Counted from the whole stretch's first letter, positions 28,138 to 41,269 are shown. The stretch is DNA of 62,997 bases, filler included, from Octopus bimaculoides (GCF_001194135.2; 9 parts of 8 records of this genome joined end to end with filler, not necessarily neighbours in it); one strand, 5' to 3'. The notes: generated by a model from the sequence alone, not told the origin. A program made the numbers and translations.

Positions 28138-28895
28138 TTAATCAAACAGTTTTGTATAAATTTGATGATATTCTCCTGTAATCTTATTCTTCCCTCCAGG
28201 GCGTGATGTTAATAACCCGCAGACATATTTCTCATACATTCTGAGAAGTGAAAGTGAAGCCGATTCAGAATATTTTCTGAGAATATGCACTTTCAAGTCT
28301 TCTTCAAAATTGCAGCCGCTTGAAACGAAATGTTCAGCAAGTTCTGTTGAACTACTGTTCTTGTGCCTGACGTCGAATCTGTGCACATTAAACCTTTTGT
28401 TTAATTGTTCTGTTGTACAACCAACATAAATCAAGTTGTTTCGTGCATTCTGCACCGTACACTAAATGGGAATATTTGCAGGTTCCCCCTTCTGTATAAA
28501 TCATAACATTTCTCTTATGATTTCTGATGGAATTCACTTCACTGATGTTTTGCACAATGAACAGGGCTTACCTCTCTTGCGGTTGTTCTTTAAGGTACAG
28601 CGTGCAGATACTCCAATGTTCGTTTTCTTGGAATCAGATATAGAGGTCAATAATTCTCTTATATTCTTATTCCGTCTAAAGGCTACAATGGGCGGCTGAG
28701 GAAATATCTGTTTGAAACGAGGATATTCTTTAGCCACATGATGGTAACATTCATGTAACATTTTTTAAATGCTAGCGATATGTCGGTGCCAGCTAATCAC
28801 TAAAGGACTTCTATCATCTATTGTATTGTGTTTGCTAAAATTATGCGTGTAGGTTTGAATATCTTTGCTAATGTTAGCTATTTCATTTGCTATTT
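28138..28895 (-). pseudogene. Penelope-like element linker + GIY-YIG endonuclease remnant
   Basis: RSPLVISWH...FPQPPIVAFRRNKNIRELL...CSLC...LVYGAECTK/NLIYVGCTTEQLNKRFNVHR...TELAEHF; stops and a frameshift. Confidence 0.85.
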
Positions 28896-29745
28896 CCTAT
28901 AATCATACCTACATCTACATGTATATATAGATGCATATCTGGGTACAGGACATCACAAAAAAAAAACGTGGACAAAATGAAAAACAAGAATATAAACAAA
29001 GCCCGGAAAACACTTTTTTCGGACAACTGTAGGAACACACAGGAAAACAGATAGGCCACATAGAGAACATTTCCTTCATCAGCTGCCCCTATTCTTAACT
29101 AAGCGTTTCGAAGAGTTAGGGTAGGACGCATTATAAAATTTGTGATGCGGAGGAATTAAGTGGCAAACAGAAAACACAGGGAAAATGAAACAGGGAGAAC
29201 AAACATGAAGGGCTGTTAGGCCAGGTTACTGTGCGGATATAGATTCTTCTTAAAAGGGGTGTTTACATCTAAGCTTCCCCGGTTTAATTCTATTTATCGA
29301 TAAAATTCTCAGGAGTCTTGTTTTACGTAGTAGTGTTGGTGTTTATTATTCAATATGCACCAATATTGAGTACATTACAGAGCTGGGGTATTTTTATAGA
29401 TGTTTGTTTCAATTCGCTGTATATAGGTATAATTAATATAGTATATGATAACAGAGAAAATGGAAAGGTTTGACAGATTACCATCAATTTATTAACATAT
29501 TCTCAAGTTACACTTGCCTACAATTGTTTCCATATTCGCTCACATTTAAATTACAAATTCGTAAATTAAAATTGCATTTTGAAAATCACGAGGTTAATAT
29601 TTCTTGAGGGAGAAAAATTGACACAAAGAGAAATTACGTCTTAATTGATTGAGTGCTACTCTCTATATATATGTCTGTGTCTGTGTCTGTGTACGTGTTT
29701 AGGTATATATATATATATATGGATATACGTATGTATATATTTATG

Positions 29746-29776
<31 letters not shown>

Positions 29777-29935
29777 GCATATATGCATATGAGCAAATTG
29801 GTATGCTTTGTTTAATATATGTATGGTCAGATATATTGAAATGATAAATTTCTGGAAAGTTTTACAGGTATTTGCAGTTCCAGTGATGGATTGGATGTTG
29901 TGAAACAAGAATTGTCAGGANNNNNNNNNNTAAAG

Positions 29936-30491
29936 TTGTCGTATTTCTGTAATTTCAACCAATCACTGACGTCTATTCAGCTGAATGCAGTTACTGCTGT
30001 TCGGTGTCAAGTGTGTTATTCCCTGTTTAATTATATCATTATTCCCTAGTAAGGGTTTAGGGTTTTAGGGTTAGGGTTCGAGTTTTAGGGTTAGGGTTTT
30101 AGGGTTAGGGTTGGGATTAGGGTTGGGGTTAGGGTAGGGGTTAGGGTTGTGGTTATGAGTTATGGGGTTAGAGTTAAGGTTATGGCAAAAATAATCATAA
30201 CCTTAACCGTAATCCTAAAACTAACCCGAACTCTAAAACCCGAACCCTAACCCTAAAATCCTAAAGGTAAAACCAGTACAAACGCACGAACGATGTCATA
30301 AATAACAGTGACAAACGAAAAATATACCGCTGATAGTTGCTGTTGACAACGGATAGTTTTTGTTGACAAACAACGGGACTAATTTTATTCAAGGGAAAAT
30401 ATCCCGTAACACCGTTGTTTATATTCCACGGCGTAATTGTTTTCACCTCAATAGACGTCAGTGATTGGCTGAAATTACCGAAATACGACAA
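29936..30491. repeat. foldback element with inverted arms and internal opposing telomere-like arrays
   Basis: 42-bp arms (29936-29977 and 30450-30491) match at 40/42; degenerate (TTAGGG)n at ~30052-30185 and (CCCTAA)n-like at ~30197-30262. Confidence 0.85.
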
Positions 30492-30729
30492 TTTTTTACA
30501 TGAATTAATTTCGAATACAAAATTTTTTATCTGTTCTATAACACAAAATATACAAATATTCGAAGTTTGAAAGTGTTTCGGTACCAAAAACATTACATAA
30601 AAAAATGTTGCCCGTCAAATCACAAAGGTCCCATTTGAGTTAACGACTGTCAAAGTTAGTGCGTCAGAAAATAAGACATTTCATTTTTAATGAGCGGATA
30701 TGTGTGAGCGTGTGTATGTGCGTGTGCGT

Positions 30730-30847
<118 letters not shown>

Positions 30848-31615
30848 GCATCATACATAGTAATATTTGAAAGTAATTACAATACTTACAGGTAAAGAGC
30901 TAAAAGAAGTACTGCTCCTAGCACGAAGGTCGTAACGTACTCCGTCAAACCGAACAAATCCATTGTTTTCGAGTCTCTTTAATGAAATACGTGCGCTTTC
31001 ATTTAAATGTGTATGAAATCCAAGCTATTTTTGTCGTTATCTAATCATTTCCCACCCTTTTTCACCTTCACTATTTCTCTAATTCCCCCTTTGACTCAAC
31101 TCCTCACCCTCTTTCTGTCTCTAACTCTCTTCCTTTTTCTTTCCCTCTCTAACATTCTCTCTGTGCCTTTATCATTCTCTTTCAAACTTTTAGTCACTCT
31201 TTCACTTTAACTCTTCCTCTGATGTGGCTGGTTTTGACTGTTGCTCTAGTTTCCCTTCACTTTGCTTGTTCCTGTACAAACGTCAGATACTAACCACCGC
31301 AACCACCACCATCGTCACCACGGCTGACATTACACAACTACCACCACCAATAATAACACCGACACCATCGCTCCTGCTACCATTATCGTTAACGCCTTTA
31401 TGTCATAAACGACCTGACTAACTGACACAGATAAGACATGGTTATCTCACGCGCGAGTCGTTTCCCTTCCAACTGTCAACGTGCAATTATAACGTAACAA
31501 CTTTGCAGTATGCATTATCTAGTCATACCTAAGTACGTATTAGTTTATAAATGCAACGCACACACTCATACACACATACATACATTCATTCGTAAATAAA
31601 TACATACATATATAC

Positions 31616-31660
<45 letters not shown>

Positions 31661-33522
31661 NNNNNNNNNNNNNNNNNNNNNNNNNNNNNNNNNNNNNNNN
31701 NNNNTTAATTAATTAANNNNNNNNNNNNNNNNNNNNNNNNNNNNNNNNNNNNNNNNNNNNAAAAGTACCTGATAGGACAAGTACCAGGTTTGAAAGAAAT
31801 AAGTACTGGTGTCAATTCGTTCGACTAATTATTCTCCAAGGCAGTGCTCTAGCATGGCCGCAGTCTAATGACAGAAACAAAACAATGTAAGAACACGTTT
31901 GTGTTTATGTGTGTGTGAAGGGAGAGAGAGAGAGAGAGAGTGAGAGAGAGAGAGAGAGAGATGTTTTAACGTGTTTATGTGAGAGATAAATGTTTCGTTA
32001 AGATTTAAGTGTAAGTCGTTAATAAATCATTATTGAACATTATTCAATTTGTTTTTATTATCCTGTAGTATAAAGTCCTTACAGTGGAGGTCAAGTGTAA
32101 AAGGGCAAGAAAAGGTAGACCGTTCGCTAAAAGTAATTCCATAGCGTAGACAGGATACTGCAGTAGACCACACGCTAATGTAGGGTCTTGCGGTAGACCA
32201 CACGCCAAAGTAGCACCGAATATACACTGTCGACAAGGTAATTTTGCACAATTTAGTTTAAAAACAATTATCTTAAAGAGAGCTGTGAAGAAACAAAATC
32301 GGCAAGAGAGAAAATTTCTTAATCTTATCAACGTCATCACAATCTAACGACATCGTCGAAAACGTATCTAAAAATATAATCATTATTCAGGAAGTTTTAA
32401 AGGAACAACATCTGGGGCGCCAAACTGTAGTTACACCCTCTTCGCGTTTTCTTAATTTATTTTAAACTTATCTCCCGTAAATCTGAAATTCATTTTGATG
32501 TAAGTCCCACTCCGATCCCCTTCCGACATCTTGGGCCCCGATCAGCTTGAGACTAGTATACTATTACTACTACTACTGCTGCTGCTGCTGAGCATAGTTT
32601 TTCCCGATTGGGTAACGGTGGTGGTGGTGGTGGTGGTGGTGAGTGTGACATGAACTTGGGATTTTCTGAAAGAGCCACACCACTCCCTTTTTTTGACCTT
32701 TAACACGTTAAGAAGCGGCGGCTGCTTCTAATATTCTAATGCCCAGCTGTCTTCTCTCACAACTGTCGGTTTTGTATTNNNNNNNNNNNNNNNNNNNNNN
32801 NNNNNNNNNNNNNNNNNNNNNNNNNNNNNNNNNNNNNNNNNNNNNNNNNNNNNNNNNNNNNNNNNNNNNNNNNNNNNNNNNNNNNNNNNNNNNNNNNNNN
32901 NNNNNNNNNNNNNNNNNNNNNNNNNNNNNNNNNNNNNNNNNNNNNNNNNNNNNNNNNNNNNNNNNNNNNNNNNNNNNNNNNNNNNNNNNNNNNNNNNNNN
33001 NNNNNNNNNNNNNNNNNNNNNNNNNNNNNNNNNNNNNNNNNNNNNNNNNNNNNNNNNNNNNNNNNNNNNNNNNNNNNNNNNNNNNNNNNNNNNNNNNNNN
33101 NNNNNNNNNNNNNNNNNNNNNNNNNNNNNNNNNNNNNNNNNNNNNNNNNNNNNNNNNNNNNNNNNNNNNNNNNNNNNNNNNNNNNNNNNNNNNNNNNNNN
33201 NNNNNNNNNNNNNCTCTCTCCCTCTCTCTCCGTCTCTCCCTCTCTCTCCCTCTCTCTCTCTCTCCCTCTCTCTCTCCCCTCACACACACACACAAACGTG
33301 TTCTTACATTCTCTTATTTGTTTCAGTCATCTGACTGTGGCCATACTGGAGCACCGACTTTAGTCGAACAAATCGACCTCAGGACTTATTCTTTTTAAGC
33401 TCAGTGCTTTATCCTATCAGTGTCTTTTGTCGAACCGCTAAGTTACCGGGACGTAAACACACCAACACTGATTGTCAAGCGATGTTGGAGGGACAAACAC
33501 ACACACAAATACATACATACAT

Positions 33523-33570
33523 ACAGGGGTAGGACAAAATAATGGAAACCTTCAAATTTCAAACAAATTT
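33523..33570 (+). mobile_element. possible Tc1-type terminal inverted repeat fragment
   Basis: TA-CAGGGGTAGGACAAAATAATGGAAACC resembles Tc1-family termini; no partner end seen. Confidence 0.35.
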
Positions 33571-34208
33571 ATTTTAATATGAGGAACGCGTGTCTAGCGA
33601 GATCGATCTGTTAACCGACCAATCAACGTGAAGCGATAGCGTGTACAGGTTGTCGAGTATTCAAGAATCTGACTTCCAGTTCCGTATAAAAACCTTTCTG
33701 CGCGCATTTTCATCAGCCAGACGAGCCAGGAAGGCAGCTAAGATAGTCGGCGCACATAGATGACAGGGACCTCCATCGCCACGAATATAGCATAGTTATT
33801 TCCAGTTACGCTGGGCAAGCCGCATGTTGTACCAATAGCTTCCGTAAACTCCAAGCAGTGTTTCTATTCCAGCATGTAAATTATTGCTGTTGCTATCTGT
33901 AAAAGACTGACGCAGTTTATCTTTCAGTACGACAATATAATTAAATGTTCGCGGGTGTTGTTTAGTAAGTTCTTCACGCAGCCTAACAAACGATTCATTA
34001 AATCAACCAACAACCACAGCAGTCGATAACAACAACAACACCTCTTCCCCCGACCACGCGGCAGACTCTACAAAGAGATTCTATTAATTTAACGAGATGT
34101 GTGTGACATCGTCATACCTCGTCAGGCTCTCTCCTAAGTCTAAATATTCTTTATCTTGTTGTCTCCTTCATCATTGCAAACATAATTATCATTTAGAAAC
34201 TTATATGA

Positions 34209-34570
34209 AGGCACGGGCGTGACCGTGTGGTAAGAAACTTGCTTCCTAACCAAACGGTTCCGGGTTAGGGTTAGGGTTAGGGTTAGGGTTCCGGTTTCAC
34301 TGCCAATGCGTGGCACTTTGGGCAAATGTCTTCTACTATAGACGTGCGCTACTCTCTGAGTAGATTTGGTAGACGGAAACTGAAAGAAGCCCATCTTATG
34401 TGTGCGTGCAAGTGTGTGTGTGCGCGACTTTGTGTCTGTGTTTCCCCTCCACCACCTTTTGACAGCCGATGCTAGAATGTTTACGGTCCCATGACTTAGC
34501 AATCATACTTCATCGATAGAACAAATACCACACTTTTAAAAGAATAAGCACTGAGGTTGATTCATTCGAC
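34209..34570 (+). mobile_element. SINE family A copy carrying a telomeric insertion
   Basis: GGCGTGACCGTGTGGTAAG...GTAGACGGAAACTGAAAGAAGCCC with (GGGTTA)4GGGTT at 34262-34290. Confidence 0.8.
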
Positions 34571-35082
34571 TAAAAAATTCTTTTTTTTTTTTCCCCCAAC
34601 TTTAACCCTCCATAAATCTCAAACTTTATTTTAGAATCTATGGGAGCAACTGTCTTTGAAGACTCATATTGTCGTTGAATGCCCGAAATAAAGAGTAGAT
34701 AGATAGCCGACAACTGAATAAAGGATCCTTTTTTCTGTGTTGATTTGTCCCGTTTTCCTTTTTTTTTCTCGTTGTTTACGTATTTCATGTTATTTGCACC
34801 GTTGGTGACGTCCTGTACCCATATATNNNNNNNNNNNNNNNNNNNNNNNNNNNNNNNNNNNNNNNNNNNNNNNNNNNNNNNNNNNNNNNNNNNNNNNNNN
34901 NNNNNNNNNNNNNNNNNNNNNNNNNNNNNNNNNNNNNNNNNNNNNNNNNNNNNNNNNNNNNNNNNNNNNNNNNNNNATATATATATATATGGGAGAATAT
35001 ACGAAAAAACAACAACAGACGAGGACAGGTGGTGTAAATAACAAAAGGATGTATTAGTATGACGCTCGGGAATACGGAAAGT

Positions 35083-35117
35083 CTTTGACGTTTCGAGCTA
35101 CGCTCTTCAACAGAAAG
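35083..35117 (-). ncRNA. minimal type-I hammerhead-like motif (A6U variant)
   Basis: CUUU-CUGUUGA-A-GAGC(GUA)GCUC-GAAA-CG-UC/AAAG: 4-bp stems I and II, palindromic ACGU stem III, GUC site. Confidence 0.65.
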
Positions 35118-35744
35118 AATACGGAGACAAGGAGAAAAACACGGAGAAAAAAAATTGAATAGTGTCCAGTCAACGGTCAATCATATATATATATAATTTA
35201 TTAAAATTAATTTACGAAGGTGTCATTAATTCTATTATTATCCAATGTAACTATTTTAAGAATGATAATAACAGAATCAATTATACAGGCGACAGCAGGC
35301 TAAAAATATTCTAATGAAACTCCTTATTACTCTGATATAAGAAAGCAATTTCGTTATAGCTGCCGCGAAAGGTGTATTTGCCGTCGTCGCGAAAAAGTAC
35401 AAAAAACCGTTAGGTGGAGGAGGGAGAGATTGTCGGAGGTTGGTGAGAGAGGTTTTCGGGGGTTGGTGAGAAAGATTGCCGGAGGTTGGTGAGAGAGGTT
35501 ATATAAATATAGGAATGAAGTGTTTGAAGAAAGTGCAATGATAACGTTCACACTCGCTGATGGTCGCTCTCACTAACTGCCTTTAGCTTACGGAGTTCTT
35601 GTTTTTATAACTATCGAAAAGCAGCCAGAAGGATAGACATATTATTGAGAACAAATGATTTCGTTGGAGGTATGTTATCTCCAATCCAGACCCTGGTTGC
35701 CTAAAAGAGGTTAGAAGGGACAAGCGGCAAAGACATTATTCTGC

Positions 35745-35865
35745 TTAGTGAAGGCATCTACTCACGTGTCAAGTTTCATCAAAATCAATAAAACGATGTA
35801 GGAGGAGTTAGCTAACAACGCCACAAACAAACACACACCGATTTTCCACATACGTAGTAGATATA
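35745..35865 (+). mobile_element. possible Helitron/Helentron-type non-autonomous 3' end
   Basis: AAGTTTCATCAAAATC...GTAGGAGGAGTT...(ACAA)n...AGTAGAT pattern resembles HINE/DINE-like termini. Confidence 0.3.
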
Positions 35866-36139
35866 TATATATATATATANNNNNNNNNNNNNNNNNNNNN
35901 NNNNNNNNNNNNNNNNNNNNNNNTTAATTAATTAANNNNNNNNNNNNNNNNNNNNNNNNNNNNNNNNNNNNNNNNNNNNAAAAAAACAAGTCCCTTATCG
36001 TAAGAATTTAAACGAATTTTAAAACAATAGACTGTGACGGTTCATATATAACGCACGTTTTTTTTATCTTCATTTTGGGTTCACACACACAGAGACAAAG
36101 AGAAGACACACACATACAAACGCACACACACACACACAC

Positions 36140-36195
<56 letters not shown>

Positions 36196-37501
36196 AGAAC
36201 CATTATATTTTTTGTGTATGTGAGCGTGATTGTGTTATACGTAAATATGTAGACGTATATCTTCTTCTGTATGTAGGTATGTATTTGTAGGTATGTATGT
36301 ATCTGTCTATCAGTCTAACCAATCTATGCATCTAATCCATATGTAAGTTATATTTATGTATGTATATATTCATGTTTGTACAACTTGGGTAATAACAGAT
36401 AAAAAATTAGTTTTGTAGTTGTTTATATTCAACAAAAAGAAGAGGAAAGTGAGAAAGCGGTAGCGAAGCAGTTTTAAAAATTTCTTATTGCTTTTTCTTT
36501 GCCATTAGACTAAGGACTAAGCAGAAAAAAGTAATAAAAACAGAATAAAACAGAAACGAAAACTAAACAAAACAATACCAACAGAAATTTAACAAATTAC
36601 GAATTATAAGACGGAGACAGCCTTTTGGCTTCGTCATTAAGTTAGTTTCGAATTAGAAAGTCTTGGAGTTGTTATTTAGTTCTGTTTTACCTCATGTTAC
36701 CAGATTATTGCTTTTGAGGAACACACAGCTAACGGCGCCATTGGGAGAATAATATAAACAACGGTAAGGGAAAAGTAAACGAAGCAAAGTTGTCTCGTTG
36801 ACAAAGTGATTTAACAGTCTGTAATCACAGGTCTTTACATATACTGCATTCAAATGAGGTACATAGTAACGTTTGGAGTTGCTTTTACTTTGATGCAGGT
36901 ATATATATATATATATATATATATNNNNNNNNNNNNNNNNNNNNNNNNNNNNNNNNNNNNNNNNNNNNNNNNNNNNNNNNNNNNNNNNNNNNNNNNNNNN
37001 NNNNNNNNNNNNNNNNNNNNNNNNNNNNNNNNNNNNNNNNNNNNNNNNNNNNNNNNNNNNNNNNNNNNNNNNNNNNNNNNNNNNNNNNNNNNNNNNNNNN
37101 NNNNNNNNNNNNNNNNNNNNNNNNNNNNNNNNNNNNNNNNNNNNNNNNNNNNNNNNNNNNNNNNNNNNNNNNNNNNNNNNNNNNNNNNNNNNNNNNNNNN
37201 NNNNNNNNNNNNNNNNNNNNNNNNNNNNNNNNNNNNATATATATATATATATACATTTACACACACACTCACACAAACACACACACATAAACACACACAC
37301 ACACACACACAAACACACGCATATATTTATACATATATGCATGTACATAATTGTTATGTAGAGGAGAGATAATATGTAGTTGTTCTTGCTAGATAAGAAT
37401 AGCTTTCGAATTTGAACTTCTTCATGTGATGCATGTTAAAATACCAACGAAATGATGATGATGATGATGATGACGACGACGACGATGCTGCTGCTGCTGA
37501 T

Positions 37502-37572
<71 letters not shown>

Positions 37573-37573
<1 letters not shown>

Positions 37574-38245
37574 GAATCATACTGGAAAGGAATATGGTGC
37601 AAACAAGAACAGCACAACAAAAAAGCTCAATGGATAAACAGAGAAAAAAGAAAGGACAAAATAGCCAAGAGAGGACAGACACAATGAGGACTACCAGTAA
37701 GTGGAAAATTCCAGGTATAGGCTAGGTTCCCTACTTTTGGCTGAAATACTTCACCAGTACCCATACTCACAGAGCAGCAGCATTTAACTTAATCACAAGC
37801 AAGCCAGACAGGTACAGAACTATTATAAAATAACAACAGTTGGACAAGAAAAATACTTATAAACAAAACTTGAAAGGCTACTACATGCAATAAAGCAACA
37901 TGAAAAAGAAAATGCTTTTCTCTATACACAAGGAGGGATAAAATGCAAAAGAGAAACGAACTACACTGATGCACTGACCTCAGATGACAACATTGCAAAA
38001 AAGAGACAGAAAACAATATGAAAACAGAACTACAAAACTTACTAAAGAAGGAATAGGGAGAAAAATCACTCCGTGGTCAAGGCTTAACAGAGAAGAAGTG
38101 AACCTAAGTAAAAGCCAACAATGGTTCAAAACTCTGAACTAAAAGCAGAAACAAAAGGCCTGATTCTTGTACCAAAGACCAATGCCTGACCACAAACAAC
38201 TATAAAGGCAAAATAAGGAAAACAGGTACTAGCGCCAAATGCCAA
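37573..38245 (+). pseudogene. internally deleted REL-type (R4/Dong-like) LINE remnant starting right after (AAT)n
   Basis: ESYWKGIWCKQEQHNKKAQWI; KWKIPGIG*VPYFWLKY; LLHAIKQHE; KSLRGQ; DQCLTTNNYKGKI. Confidence 0.65.
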
Positions 38246-39366
38246 AAAAGGTATAAATTTATTATTATAGAAAATTAGAAGGAAAACAAAGAGGCTATGT
38301 CGGAAAAGCCGACCGGATATTTGTAAATAAATTGTACAAGGGGAAAAAAAAAAAGTTACAGGAACATGTTAATGTAGTTTCGAGTCTATCTGTGTAACAA
38401 ACTATAACTGTTTTGGCTAACGGATATTTTAAAATATAAGTAGGAAATATCCGAGACAAAAAAGTATAAACAAAAGATCAACACACGTATCTAACATACA
38501 TAAATGCACGTTCTCTTACATAAAAACTATATACACCTACACGCATATATATTTGGATACAAAGAGAATAATATAATAATAGTAAGCGTCTAGCGGGATA
38601 TGATAGCTATATTTAAAAATTATTTTAGTGCATTAACAGTTATGGGTGGTGTGCAATGAAAAAATGCATAGAGAAAAATGCATACAACCATTAGAAAAAA
38701 CTTGTTGATAAATAATTCATATAAATGAGGATTTGTTTACAAAAATCTGTTTACGGGTCAGAGAGTTATAGCGGAGGAGAGATAATTCTAAATGTATAAA
38801 AATATATTAAGGAATAAGTTAATTCTCAGAGAATACACACGTATACACCTACACATACATACATATATATGAACATACGCATACACACAAACCCACATAC
38901 ATACAACTACACACACGAAATATATGGATGTATATATACGAAAAAACAAAAAAAAAATCAAAAACATATACTCACATAGGTATATGAAAAAATAAAGAAC
39001 TAAAAATAATGATAAACTAAAAAATATAAACCTAGTTATTCGTATAAAAACACACATACATACATATACGTATATATACACACACATATGTACACACACA
39101 CATACATACGCACATACATATATATATATATATTATTTTGTTTAAAAGAGTTCCAACACTGTCTGTTTTTTATGTTTTATTTATATTCCTGCAGAACCAA
39201 TGTGGGGTATAAAATATGGAATATACAATATATAATATAATATACAATATATAATATAAAATAAAATAAAATAAAATAAAAATGGATGGCACCATGAAAG
39301 AAAGTATTGAATGTAGATGAAATATTGAGTGTTCAATATAAAGGATCAAATATATAAATATATAAA

Positions 39367-39406
39367 GGCGACTCGAGTTTCAGGGCTATTTCCCTTCGTC
39401 ATGGCC
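39367..39406 (-). ncRNA. minimal type-I hammerhead-like motif
   Basis: GGC-C(A)UGACGA-AGGG(AAAUAG)CCCU-GAAA-CUCGAG-UC/GCC: perfect ACUCGAGU palindrome in stem III and GUC site; one extra A in the core. Confidence 0.6.
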
Positions 39407-39532
39407 GGTATGACAGACTTTAACAGACTGTANNNNNNNNNNNNNNNNNNNNNNNNNNNNNNNNNNNNNNNNNNNNTTAATTAATTAANNNNNNNNNNNN
39501 NNNNNNNNNNNNNNNNNNNNNNNNNNNNNNNN

Positions 39533-39588
<56 letters not shown>

Positions 39589-39658
39589 GCTGCTGCTGCC
39601 GCCGCTGCTGCTACTACAACTACTACTATTGCCGCCGCTGCTGCTGCTGCTGCAGCTG

Positions 39659-39713
<55 letters not shown>

Positions 39714-39717
39714 CACA

Positions 39718-39784
<67 letters not shown>

Positions 39785-40179
39785 CTGTTGCTGCTGCTAC
39801 GCTGGGTAAAAATATTAAAAACGGCAAATACAAAAAGACCCCAAAAAACAAACAAAAAAGAACGGATGCGCTAAACCGAAAGTAAATGAGAAAGTGTAAA
39901 GGAAAGGAAAGGAAAGATGGTGGCGGGTGGTGGTGGTGGGTGGGGCTGGTGTGATTGAATAAGGAAGTGAGTGTAATAATAACTGAAATATCTATTTGGG
40001 AATAACACATCAAAGAATAACCTATTTCGGGTGTCTAAATTAAGAAATTAATTAAATTGAAATAACAAGGAAAAACAAAGAAATAAAAATAAAAGAATTT
40101 TAAAATGAAATATAAAACAAACAAGAAAGGAACTTCGTAAAAATAAGATGGAAAATAAAAACAATGCAAATATATCCTA

Positions 40180-40461
40180 TCCATGATGGTGGCGGTGGTG
40201 GTGGTGGCCATGGGGAGAATGATGATGGTGGTGGTGAAGACGATGATGTTGATGATGATGATGATGGGGATGAAAATTATGACAGCTGTGATGGTGATGG
40301 TGATGGCTATGATGAGGATGATGATGATGATGATGATGGGGATGATGCTGGTAAATATGATAATGGTGATGATGGTCGTGGTAGCTGCGGTGGTGGCGGG
40401 GGTGATGAGGATGATGTGGATAATGCTGATGGTAGCGATAGTGATGATGATGATGGTGATG

Positions 40462-40493
<32 letters not shown>

Positions 40494-40610
40494 GACAGCG
40501 ACGACGACAACGATGATGATGTTTATGATGATGATGGTGGTGATGATGATGATGATGATGAATGTGAAGTTGATGAGGATGGTGAAGGAACAGCATCCAT
40601 CTCATATTCA
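40180..40610. repeat. degenerate (GAT/GGT)n simple repeat
   Basis: Direct reading; explains the poly-D/H/M ORFs. Confidence 0.92.
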
Positions 40611-41180
40611 TTAAAGAAAAGTCTGCGATTANNNNNNNNNNNNNNNNNNNNNNNNNNNNNNNNNNNNNNNNNNNNNNNNNNNNNNNNNNNNNNNNNNNNN
40701 NNNNNNNNNNNNNNNNNNNNNNNNNNNNNNNNNNNNNNNNNNNNNNNNNNNNNNNNNNNNNNNNNNNNNNNNNNNNNNNNNNNNNNNNNNNNNNNNNNNN
40801 NNNNNNNNNNNNNNNNNNNNNNNNNNNNNNNNNNNNNNNNNNNNNNNNNNNNNNNNNNNNNNNNNNNNNNNNNNNNNNNNNNNNNNNNNNNNNNNNNNNN
40901 NNNNNNNNNNNNNNNNNNNNNNNNNNNNNNNNNNNNNNNNNNNNNNNNNNNNNNNNNNNNNNNNNNNNNNNNNNNNNNNNNNNNNNNNNNNNNNNNNNNN
41001 NNNNNNNNNNNNNNNNNNNNNNNNNNNNNNNNNNNNNNNNNNNNNNNNNNNNNNNNNNNNNNNNNNNNNNNNNNNNNNNNNNNNNNNNNNNNNNNNNNNN
41101 NNNNNNNNNNNNNNNNNNNNNNNNNNNNNNNNNNNNNNNNNNNNNNNNNNNNNNNNNNNNNNNNNNNNNNNNNNNNNNNN

Positions 41181-41269
<89 letters not shown>

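Noticed and set aside
29040-29130. CUGAUGA and CGAAACG close together on the minus strand
   Set aside because: They are in the wrong order for type I, and the stems needed for a type-II fold do not pair convincingly.
32044-32340. 98-aa hydrophobic ORF with a 30-bp duplication
   Set aside because: No recognisable domain, and overlapping ORFs occur in another frame; cannot be supported without expression data.
33685-33720. CUGAUGA-AAAUGCGCGCA-GAAA on the minus strand
   Set aside because: No stem I or stem III complementarity; probably chance.
36618-36662. AUGACGA-AGCC(AAAA)GGCU with a separate upstream CGAAAC on the minus strand
   Set aside because: No GAAA follows the hairpin and the fold is incomplete.
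40164-40630. Acidic Asp/Gly-rich ORF resembling a biomineral or low-complexity protein
   Set aside because: Degenerate (GAT/GGT)n repeat that is open in several frames on both strands; no splice or domain evidence.
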